A stretch of DNA of 64,000 nt from NCBI GenBank assembly GCA_964016885.1, contig OZ024745.1, forward strand, positions 93,558,001-93,622,000. The letters run 5' to 3'. The translations under genes and the position numbers were made by a program. The notes below the pieces were generated by a model. The model was not told the DNA's origin. It ran no database searches and saw only the letters and a program-made list of their open reading frames with translations. The number at the start of each line of letters is the position of its first letter. The stretch's first letter is position 1. The DNA comes from Eledone cirrhosa. Taxonomy: Eukaryota. Shown here in pieces: positions 25,268-39,700 of this stretch.

Positions 25268-28200
25268 ATGTACACACATATCTGTACACTTACAGACATG
25301 CATACAAACACATCTACACACACGTATATGTACACACATCTACTCAAGTATTTAAGTTCACATATACATTGGTGTGGGGAAGGGGGAATTAATGAAATGT
25401 TATTGTACCTCTGAGGGTTTTTCTTCTCTTCAATGATCGAATGTTTGAAAGTGCGGGTGTCATCAACTTCTATTTTTCTTTTTCAATATGAGATTTTTTA
25501 AAGAAATCCTGTTATTTGAAGATGGAATATCATTTTTGTGTTCAGTTGTGGTTTGTACTTTCTAATAAAGAATTCGGAAATGTTCGTTGTCCGACCATTT
25601 CATACAGAAGGGTTCACCAATGTAGTATTCTTTACATTGTGGGCAGGTTGCACAGTAAATCAAGTTTTTGGTTTTGCAATTCATGTTTGCATTAACTGTG
25701 AAAAACTGGTTGTTTTTAAAGGAGATTTATACACAGTTTAGACATTATATTTGTAATGTCCTTCTAAACAAATTGCAAGCAATTTATAATGTTATTTATG
25801 CATTTGTAATGTTATTTATGTATATATTTAAACCATATTTGCAATGTTATACTATTGTAAATTTATACAATAGTAAATAAAAATTCATATATATAATGAC
25901 TTAGCGAGTATATGTAAATCCTTGTTTGTTATTATAGTGTAGTTATTGATTTGTTTAAATTGTAAATTTCTGTAAAATATTTTTTAGGATGTAAATGATA
26001 ATAGCCCAAAATTCCTAAATAGTGTTTACAACATAACTGTCAAAGAAAATGCAACCACAGGTTTGTTTATATTCATTAAATATATTTTCTTGTTTCTATT
26101 TTAATTTTTCAATGTTGATTTCTTTTGACAAAGTACATAGCTCATTTTTGTAAAGGAAGAATATAGTGAATAGAAATAATCCTAGTGTATTTACAGGGCC
26201 TGTTTTATAGATATTATTTTAGTCATGATCATTGCCTTTTTAAAGTTTAACCCTTTAGCATTTACATTACTCTATATTTACTGTTGTATTTTCACGGTTA
26301 TCTCACATGATATCGAATTTGAGATTTTGATATTATTTACTTTGAGAACATTACCTTAACATAAGTATGAGTGGCCAGTTTGAACAGAAAGAGGTGAGAG
26401 AATTTTGACCAGATATGGCCGGTTTAAATGCTAAAGGGTTAAGGTGGTTTGTATTAGTGACAGTGCAATGCTGTGATTATCACATGATAATACAATATCC
26501 ACACCCCTGCATGTCTCTAGATTGTGTGCAATCTGATTAGAAAGCACATAGCCTTCATCATCATCATTATCGTTTATCTTCCACGCTAGCATGGGTTAGA
26601 CTGGGATTGTCCCACTTGTGGCAAGATTGATCGGGTGACCGTGTCTCACTCGTATAGGACTGTATCTGGTAGGTTTTCTATAGCTGGATGCCCTTTCTAA
26701 CACCAACCACTTTACAGCATGGACTGGGTGTTTTTTGTTGTCACACCTACACAACCACTTTAGTGTGGGCTGGATATTCTGTGGTACCAACATAACTTTA
26801 CATAGAAACGGTGGTGTGGAAGGGAGTGGGAGGATGAAGTAGGGGTAGTGGGTTGGGGTGTATACTTGGGGTGCCTACTGACTGTAGGTTTAACTTTGTA
26901 CAAAAACTGAATATGATCTAAAAAATTTGAAATTGGAATGCATTAGTTGCCATGCCCACAGCCTTACTCTTATACTGTGATGAATTTGAAGTACAGGTGA
27001 GGGTTCACCAGGGCTCAGTTCTCAGACCCTTTCTATTCATTATTCTCCTTCAGGCTAAAACAGATTAGTTTTTTAGGAACTAATGTATGCTGTTGATTTA
27101 GTCCTTATAGTGGAATCTATAGAGAAGACCAAATTCCAGACATGGAAGCAAAACTTATAATTGAAGGCCTAAAAGTAAACTTAGCAAAAACTACTGTTTT
27201 AATAAATAGGAAAGAAGACAGAACTCTGATACCAACGAAGAAATGATCTTGCTTGATATGTTGAAAGAAGGTGAGCAGAAATTCCATAAGTTGCACACAG
27301 TGCAATCTATGTACATAAGAATGTAGTGGGATCACAGGCAGGCTAACGGAGAAGGCAAAGGAGAAATAAGCACCAAGAACACATGTGAAATAGAAGCTGT
27401 TGACAGTTTTTGTTACTTTGATGATGGAAACTGCTATAGTGGAGGTTACTCACAGAGCATAATAGCAAGAGTACAAATAAGCTGGAAGAAGTTTAACCCT
27501 TTAGCATTTAAGTGGCTGTATCTGGCCAGAACTCTCTCACCTCTTTCTCTTCAAACCAGCTGTAACCAGTTGCTCATACTAATGTTAAGGTATTGTTCTC
27601 AAAATAAATAATATCATTTCATAGATTCAATATTATGTGAGATAATTATGTAAGATAAAGCCTTTACCGTGAAAATACAATAGTATATATAGAGTAATGT
27701 AAATACTAAAGGGTTAAAGAGCTAGTACCTCTACTAATAACAAAGGGCTTCTCTCTCTGAGTAAAAGGTTGGACTATTGAAGATTTGTAAAGACTAGAAA
27801 GAAATGAAGTAGGTATGCTCCAATGAACTGGGAGAACAACTCAGTGTAAGAGGAATCTGATATAGTGTGCATATCATGTATATGTAAGATAATAGCTATA
27901 TAAAGATGTGCAGAAAAATCTCAGTGGGTGGGATACAACAGTGAAGATTGAACTTAGAAAATTTGAACCTCATGATAGAGATGACAAATGATCACACTGA
28001 CTAGTAACATATGTTATTAGAGAAGGCCTGCCTCACTGTTTAAAAATAAAATGTCCAGTTTGCTCCTATTAACCCTTCCATTTCTGCTATAGTATCCACT
28101 TCACTCCTATATCACTTTTCTCCCAATACAATGCATCTTCTGTATGGATATAAACTGACTCATCTGTACCCAACCTCATCACACCCTGCATCCTATCCTA

Positions 28201-30707
28201 TATTATTGTTCCACAACTAATGCTGTAGATGTGACCTCTGGTTTGTCTATACCCAACCTCCACCATCATCATGCTTGAGTAACTATCTGCAGCTGAACCT
28301 CCATCATCACTTTTTAGTAACTGTTCTCAGCAACATTGTAACCCTACACTCTATCTAAAATCCAAGATCGATCCAACACCCACCCCTATTTTCTCTCACA
28401 TCACCCTGTTTTGTCATATACTCATGAATTCATACATGCCATCCTTCTTATCCCTGTTCTATTCTCACATCCCAAACATAAACAAATCTGCTTTAGGACA
28501 ACCCCTCCCCTCCTTATCCCATACAGTAAAGAGAGATCTTCAGTCAAATTGACTGACAACCTCCCAAGTGCTGGTATCACAAAAAATGCACTCAGTAAAG
28601 TGGCTGACATTAGGAAGAGCATTCAGCCATAGAAACCATGCACATATGGGCACTCGCAGGTTCTTATAAATAAATAATAATGAAATTATTGTGTACAGTG
28701 CTCAGGTGCACTACAACATGGCATGGAACAAACTACCTGCATTAGTTGTTAGCTGTCAAGACACTGCATCCTTTAAAACCTCCATGCTCCCTGAGATTCG
28801 CCAACACTACACCTGATATCCCCCTCCATATACATGCACACATGTATATCATGACTCATACACTGTTCACTTTGCTGACATTTGTACATATTTCTATGTA
28901 CTATACATGCACCTTTGACAATTTGTAGTGCACAATAATTTGTAGTACACAATAATTTCATTATTATTATTATTAATTGCTCCCACTCATTCCATCTCCA
29001 AAAAATGTTTCTGTGTTCTGATGTTAGAAGCATACATTATTAACATTCAAGTGAACTATGTTAGCTATGGATACAATGTAGTGATAGTGACAAGGTATAA
29101 ATTATTAACTCTTTCAAAGGTTGGCCAACAAGCATTAGTCAGTCACAACTTAGCATATAAAACATGTTATAAAAAGACAAAGGTTTTCATAAATTTTTTA
29201 TTTTCCTTTCAGAATCTTTTCTTTTGAACATTGTTGCAACGGATGATGATAAAACAGATCCATTTAATCAGTTGACCTACCGTCTAAAAACATATACTCA
29301 CGTCTTTCGAATTGATTCGGGTAATGGAAATATTTATGTCAACAGTAAATTAGATCGTGAAAAGGAAAGCTCTTATATACTTAACGTTGAAGCCATTGAT
29401 GGTGGAAGTCCACCATTATCAGCCACAACTACAGTAAATGTCATTGTAGAAGATGTTAATGATGTAGTGCCAGTACTGCAAGTTCCTAATACCATAACTC
29501 TTTTTGAAAATATAACAATTGGTTCTCTTATTACTAAAATAAATGCTACTGATAAGGACTCCAACAATAAACTGGTTTTCAACATTTCAAAAGAGACAAT
29601 AGAAATAGATGGAGAAGGGAAGGCACGCAATGAAAAATCATCTGTGGTAAGAAATTTCATGGCAGTTATATTTTCTCTCTCTGCTTGAAATAGATTATGT
29701 TTTTGAAAATATGTAACAAAGTTTATGCTTATTTTATTTTTTTATTTTTTTTATTTCAAAACATTTACATAGTATTTGGGTGTGATTTATAAAACCAACT
29801 GCACTAATAACTCAGCTTTAAAAGATAAAATGGTGCCAGTTGTTGTTTAGCCTCAGGTCAATCTTATTTGGGAAGAAATATGATCAAAGATACTCCATGA
29901 TGACCCTATCTATTTTTCCAGTTACAGTGTATTTTGGAATGCATTATCTTTATGATGGTAAGATAGAATTTATAAGAGATTTAGCTGCTGTTTCTAAGAG
30001 ATGAAACGTAGAGGTTGCCTTGTTGGCCAGGAGGCTAAATGCAATCAAAGATGTACTTTATTAAGAACCTTGAAACCTTGAGAGAAATCTGTGAACAATC
30101 TTTGAACAATCTGGAATTAATTTCCTTCACACATTAGGTATTACTGAATCAATCAATCTGTTGAATCAATTAATCATTCAATCAATATTTAATTACAAGC
30201 ATTATACCTGTAAAAAATGGAGTTTATTATAAAAGAATATTAAATTTGATAACCCCTTAATTACAACATTCTATGTAAAGACACTTGAATCCTTGAGTTT
30301 TTCTTGACCTCCTGCTTCATATCAATCCAGCTATCACATTCATTTAAATCAAATACCATAATAGTTTTCTATGTGGAAGCAGGCTGTGCTGGAGAGATTT
30401 TCAGTAGGCAAACAGTCAGGTAACAATATTTTAAAGTCCTACCACGACTCGTTCACACATGTATTCTGTTCATCTCTTCTGAAGGACGCCTTATTTGAAA
30501 GGGCTGTTGTGGTAAGACTCTAAGCTATGGTTTCCCAAATTTTTGTCTACTAAAAATCTGAATTGAGAGCAGTCACTGAAGATCAGGATTTTCCAAATAT
30601 TTATTGTGTCTGTCACGTTCCCCAGTTTTTTTTGTTTTTTTTCCCATTTCTGTATTGCCCTATCTGTTTGTATATTAACCCTTCCCTTTTCGTTTCTTTT
30701 CATTTGA

Positions 30708-30753
<46 letters not shown>

Positions 30754-33700
30754 TGCTTTTCAGTATTTATTTCGACTCTCTGCTCTCCTATTTCAAATCC
30801 CGCTGAGGTCAACTTTGCCTTTCATTCATTCGAGGTCGAGTACTGGATCAATTCTTCTTCTATATCTCTTTCTCAATTCCATTCTCTCACTCACTCTATC
30901 CTTCTCCGAAAGAAATCTACTGTTTTCAGACCCGGAGAGGATTTGGCTCCACCTGGTTTAAAATGCCTTAGAAACATGTTAATATGGCACCTCCATCACT
31001 CCCTCAGGAGTTACAAGGCTATGCATGCAATATATATATATATCATAGGTGTGTATATGAAAGCATATACTGTAGTTTTATATACAGTAAACATATAGTA
31101 GCCTTGTTATCAAATAAAAATTTATTTTTTCATAATAAAAAAAAGTTATTTTTCTCTCTTTTGTTCTGTCACAGAATGCCAGACAGTGCTGTTTCATGAT
31201 TTGTTAATCTTTAGTTAGTGACATTCACACAGCTGGTACTGACATGGAAATATAGTGTGAACTTTACTGGTTCTAACTAATTGGGAGTAGCACTAAGACA
31301 GTGTTTAAGAATAATAAGAGTATATATGTATATACTGCATGTTTATATACAGTATATGAAAGCATCTACTGTATGTTTATATACAATTAACATATGGTAG
31401 CCTTATTATCAAAGAAAAATGTTTTCACAACAAAAAATTATTTTTCTCTTTTGTTCTGTGAACACATGCACAAATGCACACACAAACACTCACACGTGTG
31501 TGTGTGTGTGTGTGTGTACCTATATATATATATATATAAATTCCGACCTCACACACTTACACCTCTCCAAGACAATGTCACTAGACCGAGATCTTTGGCG
31601 CTACACAGTAATAGAGAAGACCCGCCTTGCCTAAGTACAAAGCGAAACCTACAGTCAGTAGGCACCTCTAACAAAAATACACCCCCGTTAAACCACCCCC
31701 ACCCAATCCACACCACCCCTTTCTCTGTAAAGTTATGTTGGTACCACAACATCCAGTCCGAAATAAATGAGGTTGTGTAGGTGTCAAGAAAAAAAAAACA
31801 CACAGTCCACGCTGTAATGTGGCCGTGTAGGCAACACGGTAAAAACCTCCCGGTCCACACTGTAAACGTGGTTGGTGTTAGGAAGGGCATCCAGCTGTAG
31901 AAAACCCGCCAGACAGTCCTATGCGAGCAAGACAACCACTCTTGCCTCAAGTGGGAAATTTCCCGTCCAAACCCATGCAAGCGTGGAAGATGGACGTTAA
32001 ACGATGATGATGATATATATATATATATATAGATATATATATATAGATATATATATAGATATAGATATATATGTAGAGGTTACATACACCCAGTAGGCAC
32101 CTCTTAATCCACTATACCCCGCTTTCATACACCGCCTTCATCACCCGCACACTCCTTCCCACACCACCCTTTCTCTGTAAAGTTAAGTTGGTTCACAAAA
32201 CATCCAGCCCAGCCCACACTATTAAGTGGTTGTGTAGGAGACATGGCAAAAAGCACCCAGCCCACACCGTAAAGTGGTCATATAGAAGACGCGGCAAAAA
32301 GCACCCAGCCCACACTGTAAAGTGGTCATGTAGGAGACACAACAAAAAGCACCCAGCCCACACTGTAAAGTGGTCATGTAGGAGACACAACAAAAAGCAC
32401 CCAGCCCACACTGTAAAGTGGTCATGTAGGAGACACAACAAAAAGCACCTATCCCACACTGTAAAGTGGTCATGTAGGAGACACAACAAAAAGCACCCAG
32501 CCCACACTGTAAAGTGGTCATGTAGGAGACACAACAAAAAGCACCCAGACCACACTGTAAAGTGGTCATGTAGGAGACACAACAAAAAGCACCTAGCCCA
32601 CACTGTAAAGTGGTCATGTAGGAGACACAACAAAAAGCACCCAGACCACACTGTAAAGTGGTCATGTAGGAGACACAACAAAAAGCACCCAGCCCACACC
32701 GTAAAGTGGTCATGTAGGAGACACAACAAAAAGCACCCAGCCCACACTGTAAAGTGGTCATGTAGGAGACACAACAAAAAGCACCCAGCCCACACTGTAA
32801 AGTGGTCATGTAGGAGACACAACAAAAAGCACCCAGCCCACACCGTAAAGTGGTCATGTAGGAGACACAACAAAAAGCACCCAGCCCACACCGTAAAGTG
32901 GTCATGTAGGAGACAACAAAAAGCACCCAGCCCACACTGTAAAGTGGTCATGTAGGTGACACAGCAAAAAGCACCCAGCCCACACTGTAAAGTGGTCATG
33001 TAGGAGACACAACAAAAAGCACCCAGACCACACTGTAAAGTGGTCATGTAGGAGACACAACAAAAAGCACCTAGCCCACACTGTAAAGTGGTCATGTAGG
33101 AGACACAACAAAAAGCACCCAGCCCACACTGTAAAGTGGTCATGTAGGAGACACAGCAAAAAGCACCCAGACCACACTGTAAAGTGGTCATGTAGGAGAC
33201 ACAACAAAAAGCACCCAGACCACACTGTAAAGTGGTCATGTAGGAGACACAGCAAAAAGCACCCAGACCACACTGTAAAGTGGTCATGTAGGAGACAGCA
33301 AAAAGCACCCAGCCCACACTGTAAATATGGCTGGCATTAGGAAGGGCATCCAGCCATAGAAATTTAGCCAGAAGCAGTCCTATATGAGCAAGACATGGTC
33401 ACCCAACCCAACTTGCCTTTAATGGTGCAAACCCATCTAACCCATGCTAGCATGGAAAATAGATGTTAAACGATGATGTTACTAGTCTGCACCAATCTTC
33501 TGCCTACTCTTCTCCCATTCACCCTCCTCAGTCTTAATAGCCTTCACTCACTAGCTAAATATCCCACGCACCTTGTTCATGATGCTTACTCATTTTCCCA
33601 ACCCTCACTCCTCACTCCTGATACACCCCTTCTGTCCAGCCCATGCATACAAGCATGGTGAGCTGGATGCATTCTACATCTGATCTCCCACGATGCTGCT

Positions 33701-36700
33701 GCCTTGACAAAAAAAGCACTAAGTCCACCCTTTATGGTGAGCTGGTGTCACAACAACGAAAGCACTGTAATGTGGTTGGCATTAGGAAGGGCATCAAGCC
33801 TTAGAAACCAAGCCAAAATACAGATCCATATGAGTAAGATGAGGTCACCTGACCTGACTTGCCTCATAATGTTACAACCCATTTAACTGATGCAAGTGTG
33901 GAAAAAGACGTTAAATGATGAGATATATATATATATATATATATCATCATCATCATCATCATCACCGTTTTATGTCCATTCTTCTACGCTAGCATAGGTT
34001 AGACGGGTTGTCCTGTTGTGGGCAATGCCACGTCAGGTGACCATGTCTTGCTCATTTCTGTAGCTGGATACTCTTCCTAACACCAACCTCATTTACAGCG
34101 AGTACTGTGTGCTTTTTGTCATGACACCTTCACAACCACTTTACAGTGTAGTCTGGGTGCTTTTTGTCATGACGCCTTCACAACCACTTTACAGTGTAGT
34201 CTGGGTGCTTTTTGTCATGACGCCTTCACAACCACTTTACAGTGTAGTCTGGGTGCTTTTTGTCATGACGCCTTCACAACCACTATACAGTGTAGTCTGG
34301 GTGCTTTTTGTCATGACGCCTACACAACCACTATACAGTGTAGTCTGGGTGCTTTTTGTCATGACACCTTCACAACCACTATACAGTGTAGTCTGGGTGC
34401 TTTTTGTCATGACACCTTCACAACCACTATACAGTGTAGTCTGGGTGCTTTTTGTCATGACACCTTCACAACCACTTTACAGTGTAGTCTGGGTGCTTTT
34501 TGTCATGACACCTTCACAACCACTATACAGTGTAGTCTGGGTGCTTTTTGTCATGACACCTTCACAACCACTTTACAGTGTAGTCTGGGTGCTTTTTGTC
34601 ATGACGCCTACACAACCACTATACAGTGTAGTCTGGGTGCTTTTTGTCATGACGCCTACACAACCACTATACAGTGTAGTCTGGGTGCTTTTTGTCATGA
34701 CACCTTCACAACCACTATACAGTGTAGTCTGGGTGCTTTTTGTCATGACACCTTCACAACCACTTTACAGTGTAGTCTGGGTGCTTTTTGTCATGACACC
34801 TTCACAACCACTATACAGTGTAGTCTGGGTGCTTTTTGTCATGACGCCTACACAACCACTTTACAGTGTAGTCTGGGTGCTTTTTGTCATGACACCTTCA
34901 CAACCACTTTACAGTGTAGTCTGGGTGCTTTTTGTCATGACGCCTACACAACCACTATACAGTGTAGTCTGGGTGCTTTTTGTCATGACACCTTCACAAC
35001 CACTTTACAGTGTAGTCTGGGTGCTTTTTGTCATGACGCCTACACAACCACTATACAGTGTAGTCTGGGTGCTTTTTGTCATGACACCTTCACAACCACT
35101 ATACAGTGTAGTCTGGGTGCTTTTTGTCATGACGCCTACACAACCACTATACAGTGTAGTCTGGGTGCTTTTTGTCATGACGCCTACACAACCACTATAC
35201 AGTGTAGTCTGGGTGCTTTTTGTCATGACGCCTTCACAACCACTATACAGTGTAGTCTGGGTGCTTTTTGTCATGACACCTTCACAACCACTATACAGTG
35301 TGGATGGTGATTTTTGCCATGACATCCATACAACCACTTTACAGTGTGGACTGGATGCTACACAACCACTTTACAGTGTAGTCTGGGTGCTTTTTGCCAT
35401 GACATCTATTCAACCATTTTACAGTGTGGACCGGGTGCTTTTTTGTCGTGACACCTACATGACCACTTTACAGTCCCTGGTAACCTCTAGTATTTTACTC
35501 TCTTAAAGTCTGATGTCATAACTAAGGCAACCAGCAATATGTTTCATATAGCTTGGTTTCTGTCAGCGTCTGCTTCTCTGCCCAAGTTTAGTGGAAGGAT
35601 ATGAAAACTGTGATGTGTATATCACAACGGAGCATTAACACATCTGTAAAATGAAATGGCTATAAATGGAATGGGACATTTTTCTTCATTGATATTGTTC
35701 TTAAGAAGAAAAAAAAATGCTTGCCTTTTATCCTCTGTTTAAATAAATAAAATAAAATAACAAGCTTCATATTAAAAACAAAACAAAAATGTATTAATTA
35801 TGATTGTGCAATCCATTTCAGCCATATTTTCAAATTGATCCTCATAATGGAACTATTACTCTGAAGGAAACATTAGACAGAGAAAAATTTGAGCTTATCG
35901 TACTAAATGTTGAAGTAACAGATCAGAATTCTGTATCGGAAGAAGTTAAGACAGCAAAAGGTAGGGTATATATCCTTTATGTAAATGATGATGATGATAA
36001 TAATAATAATAATAATGTTCTTCTCCTCCTTCTCCCCCTCCTTCTTCTCCCCTCCTTCTCATTCCCCTTCTCCTCCTTCTCCTTCTCTCCCTTCTTCTCC
36101 TCCCCTTCTCCCCCTTCTTCTCCTCCTCCCCTTCTAACCCTTGCCCTCCTATTTCTCTTCCTCTGCCTCCCCTCATTCTTCTGCCTTCTCTTTTTCTCTT
36201 TCTTCCTGCTCCTTCATTGATGAACAGCTGTTAAATGATGAAGACAATTGTGCAACATATACCAACAGGTATTTCTTAACAAACTAGAACTGTCTAGCCG
36301 AGTCTGTCATAGGATTTTGTATGGGTCTACTAGACACAAACAAAAAACAAAAATAAAAGAAAGCAAAGGCAACATAATAAAAATACTCCTTCAAATTATT
36401 ATTATGGAAAATACTAGAATAAAAGTTTTGCTATAAATCATAATATATGGAATTCTTGCTGGTTAGCTGGTGTTAGTACACTGTTGGCAAGATGGCAGTA
36501 ATTCAGGAGCAAGAAATAGCATCAGTAAACAATATTGAAGAGCTGGCATCCACCAAATGCCATTGGACCCTGCACAGTCTCAAGCTCCTCCACAAGAACA
36601 GAACGTCAGCGGCTCATCTGAGAAAGGAGCCCCACGAGATGGGGAGGGGGGGCTGTTGCAGCAGGTGTCACTAGCCATTGTCCACGGGAATGTTTTTGCG

Positions 36701-39700
36701 GTCTTGTCCGCAGGGCACAACCCCTCTACCGCCGCACCCTAGGCCCAGAGCCCAATCAGCCTCTCCCTTCCCCCCTCCCCATTCTTCTGTGACACTAGAG
36801 TCCTTGCCATTCCCTCCCCTTCCTATTTCTTTTTTTCTTTTTCTCTTTTTTTTTCTATATTTTCCTATTTTACATTCCATTCTTCGCAATCTAAATTTTC
36901 TTTTTTTCTCTTTCTATTAAACAGTATTTACATGATATATTCCATAAATAAAATTTATAACTGTTATTAGCTGAATATATAGTGGACAGTACAACAGAGT
37001 CTGTGAAAGCAACAACAACAAAAATGAACAAATATTTAGATGTTTTTGTTATTGTTTAGTCCCAGGTCAGACTTGTTAAAACAGAACTGTACTATGTAGA
37101 CAGGTCGTCAAATGAAGACAATCAAAAAGTTCCAACTACAAGGGAACAGAAATGAAAGACCCACTGGGCACTATTTACTGCTTCATCAAACTCTATTACT
37201 CAAGACATACTAATGTAGGCCTACACTGTGCATTCCAATAAACAATGATTGATTGTTTGGGATGCAGTGTAGCAATTTGAGTTAGTTGTTTTTCTGCTAT
37301 CCAGTAAGGTATTTTTTGTGATGGTGGGGGAAGAATGGACTTGGCTGGAGTACAACAATTGTTGTCCCTCTTTAGTTATAATTGGTGATGAGTGTATGTG
37401 TCCTTCCTTTTTAACCCTTTAGCATTTACATTACTCTATATTTATTATTATATTTTCATGGCAAGGGCCTTACATAATTATCTCACATAGTATCGAATCT
37501 GCGAGATTTTGATATTATTTATTTTGAGAACAATACCTTAACATAAGTATGAGCGGCTGGTTTTAACAGAAAGAGGTGAGGGAATTCTGGCCGGATATGG
37601 ACAGTTTAAATACTAAAGGGTTAAGATAGTTTGAAGGATATTTAGCTACTTTTTTTTAGCAGATAGGGTTAAGAATAGATTGAAACAGCAATATAAAATT
37701 ACTTCACAAAGTAGTAACAACAAAAATTATTTTCATTGTCAATCCAGTCCATTTTGTAGACATAGAAAAAGTTACATTAACATACATTTGTCTTAGCAGC
37801 TGCACTCTTTGTGTAGTCAGAAAATTAGATAAGGAAATGGACTTATCTTTTTACCCTTTAGCATTCACATTGCTCTATATATACTATTGTATTTTCACAG
37901 TAAAGGCTTTACCTCACATAATTATCTCACATAATATTGAATCTATGAGATGTTGATATAATTTATTTTGAGAGCAATACCTTAACGTCAATATGAGCGA
38001 CCAGTTACGACTGGTTTGAACAGAAGTGAAAGAATTCTGGCTGATTATGGACGGTTTAAATGTTAAAATGGAATGTGGAAACATCTTCATTAAATTTAGA
38101 ATATAAAGATTGCAGTGAAGAAAGCAAGGAAAATTGTTGAAACTAGAAAATATTTGCTCCTGATAGGGTAATAGGACTCTTCAGTGTGGCTGAGCATGAC
38201 AACCTCTCTAGCGCTGGTGCTAAAATAAAATACACCCAGTACACTTTGTAAAATCGAAGTGCACTTGGTACACCCTGTAAGGTGGTTGGTTAGGAAGGAT
38301 ACCAGGCCATAGAAACTACACCAAAAATGGAATGTATGAACAAGATGGGGGATCTCTCTAACCCATCCATTCTTGGACTGTCTAATTCATGCCAGTATGG
38401 AAGCAGGCCATAAAAATATATACTGATGTGATTTATTGTTGTTTAATCCCAGTTCAGTCCTGAGCTATGATTCAAAGCTACTCTAGCCATAACCATATTG
38501 TTTTTTTTTCATCTGGAATAATGTGTCTTTTATAGAACAATAGGTGATATAATAGCAATTTGTAGCAACTCAAACAGCTATGCAGAGGCTCCATGCTGTT
38601 CATAGCAGTGGTTTTGGTATTGTTTGTAATTGAAACTAGATAACAGCTCACAGGAATCTTCTACAGAGCTGTAATACTAAATTTAATTCATTTGGTTGGT
38701 GTGAGCTGTATACACATCTACAGTAAAATCTACTTAGAATATTGCAAAACCCTTCTTTGATCAAATTCTGAAATAATGCTTCTGCAAGCTGCATTTTTTG
38801 TTGAAGACATAAGCTTGCAATTTCAGCACAAATGTTTTCATTTTTTAAGCTTTAGTATAATAATAAAATAATAATAATGAAAATTATTGTATACAGTGCT
38901 CAGGTGCACTACAACTCATCAAAGGTGCATGTATAGTACATAGAATAATGTACAAATGTCAGGAAAGTGAACAGTGAATGAGTCATGATATACACAATGA
39001 CACATGCATGCATGTGTATGGAGGGGGAATATCAGGTGTAGTGTTGACGAATTTCAGGAAGCATGGAGATTTTCAAGAATGCAGTGTCTCGGCAGCTAAC
39101 AACTGATGCAGGTAGTTTGTTCCATGCTTCAGCAACTCTGAGCATGAAAACATTTTTCTGAAAGTCATGGTAGCTGTGCTGTTTTCTGATTTTGTAGGCA
39201 TGCCCACGGGTGTTAGATACATGGAATTGAAAAAGGTGCTCAGGATTGTTGTTGGCAAGATGGTTGATAGTTTTGTGGGTGTCTATCAAGTCAGTTGCCA
39301 GACTTTGGAGCTTCAATGTAACCATGCCCAGGGAAAAAATGAAAATTTATGCTGTACTTGTGAAAATGAGCAAAGATTAAAGAAGTTAGAGTTGTACTTG
39401 TATTTGGTAGTGCTGCCTGCTTAAAAATCATATTCCTAGAGATGAAATTATTTTATTTCTTATTCATACAAACCTTAAACATTTACTTAAGAATTTTCTT
39501 TATTTTTATACTTATAAATTTGAGCCTCAAATAAAATAGGAATATTCAACAGACTTTGAATTCTTTGATGAATTCAACATACAATAAACCACTGGAGAAA
39601 ATGATAATAATTGTTTCTACTTTTGGCACAAGGCCAGCAATTACCCAGTGCATTACTGGTGCTTTATTTTATCGACCTCGTAAGGATGAAAGGCAAAGTT

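Noticed and set aside
24412-25392. Tyr/Ile/His/Cys/Val-rich ORFs (also 1941-2202, 22818-23342, 63481-63981)
   Set aside because: Translations of (TA)n and (CA)n microsatellites.
32188-35506. Long repetitive ORFs (255, 374 and 465 aa) as novel repeat proteins
   Set aside because: A 48-bp unit without stops in some frames gives open frames automatically; they lie in a retroelement UTR with no splice or start context.
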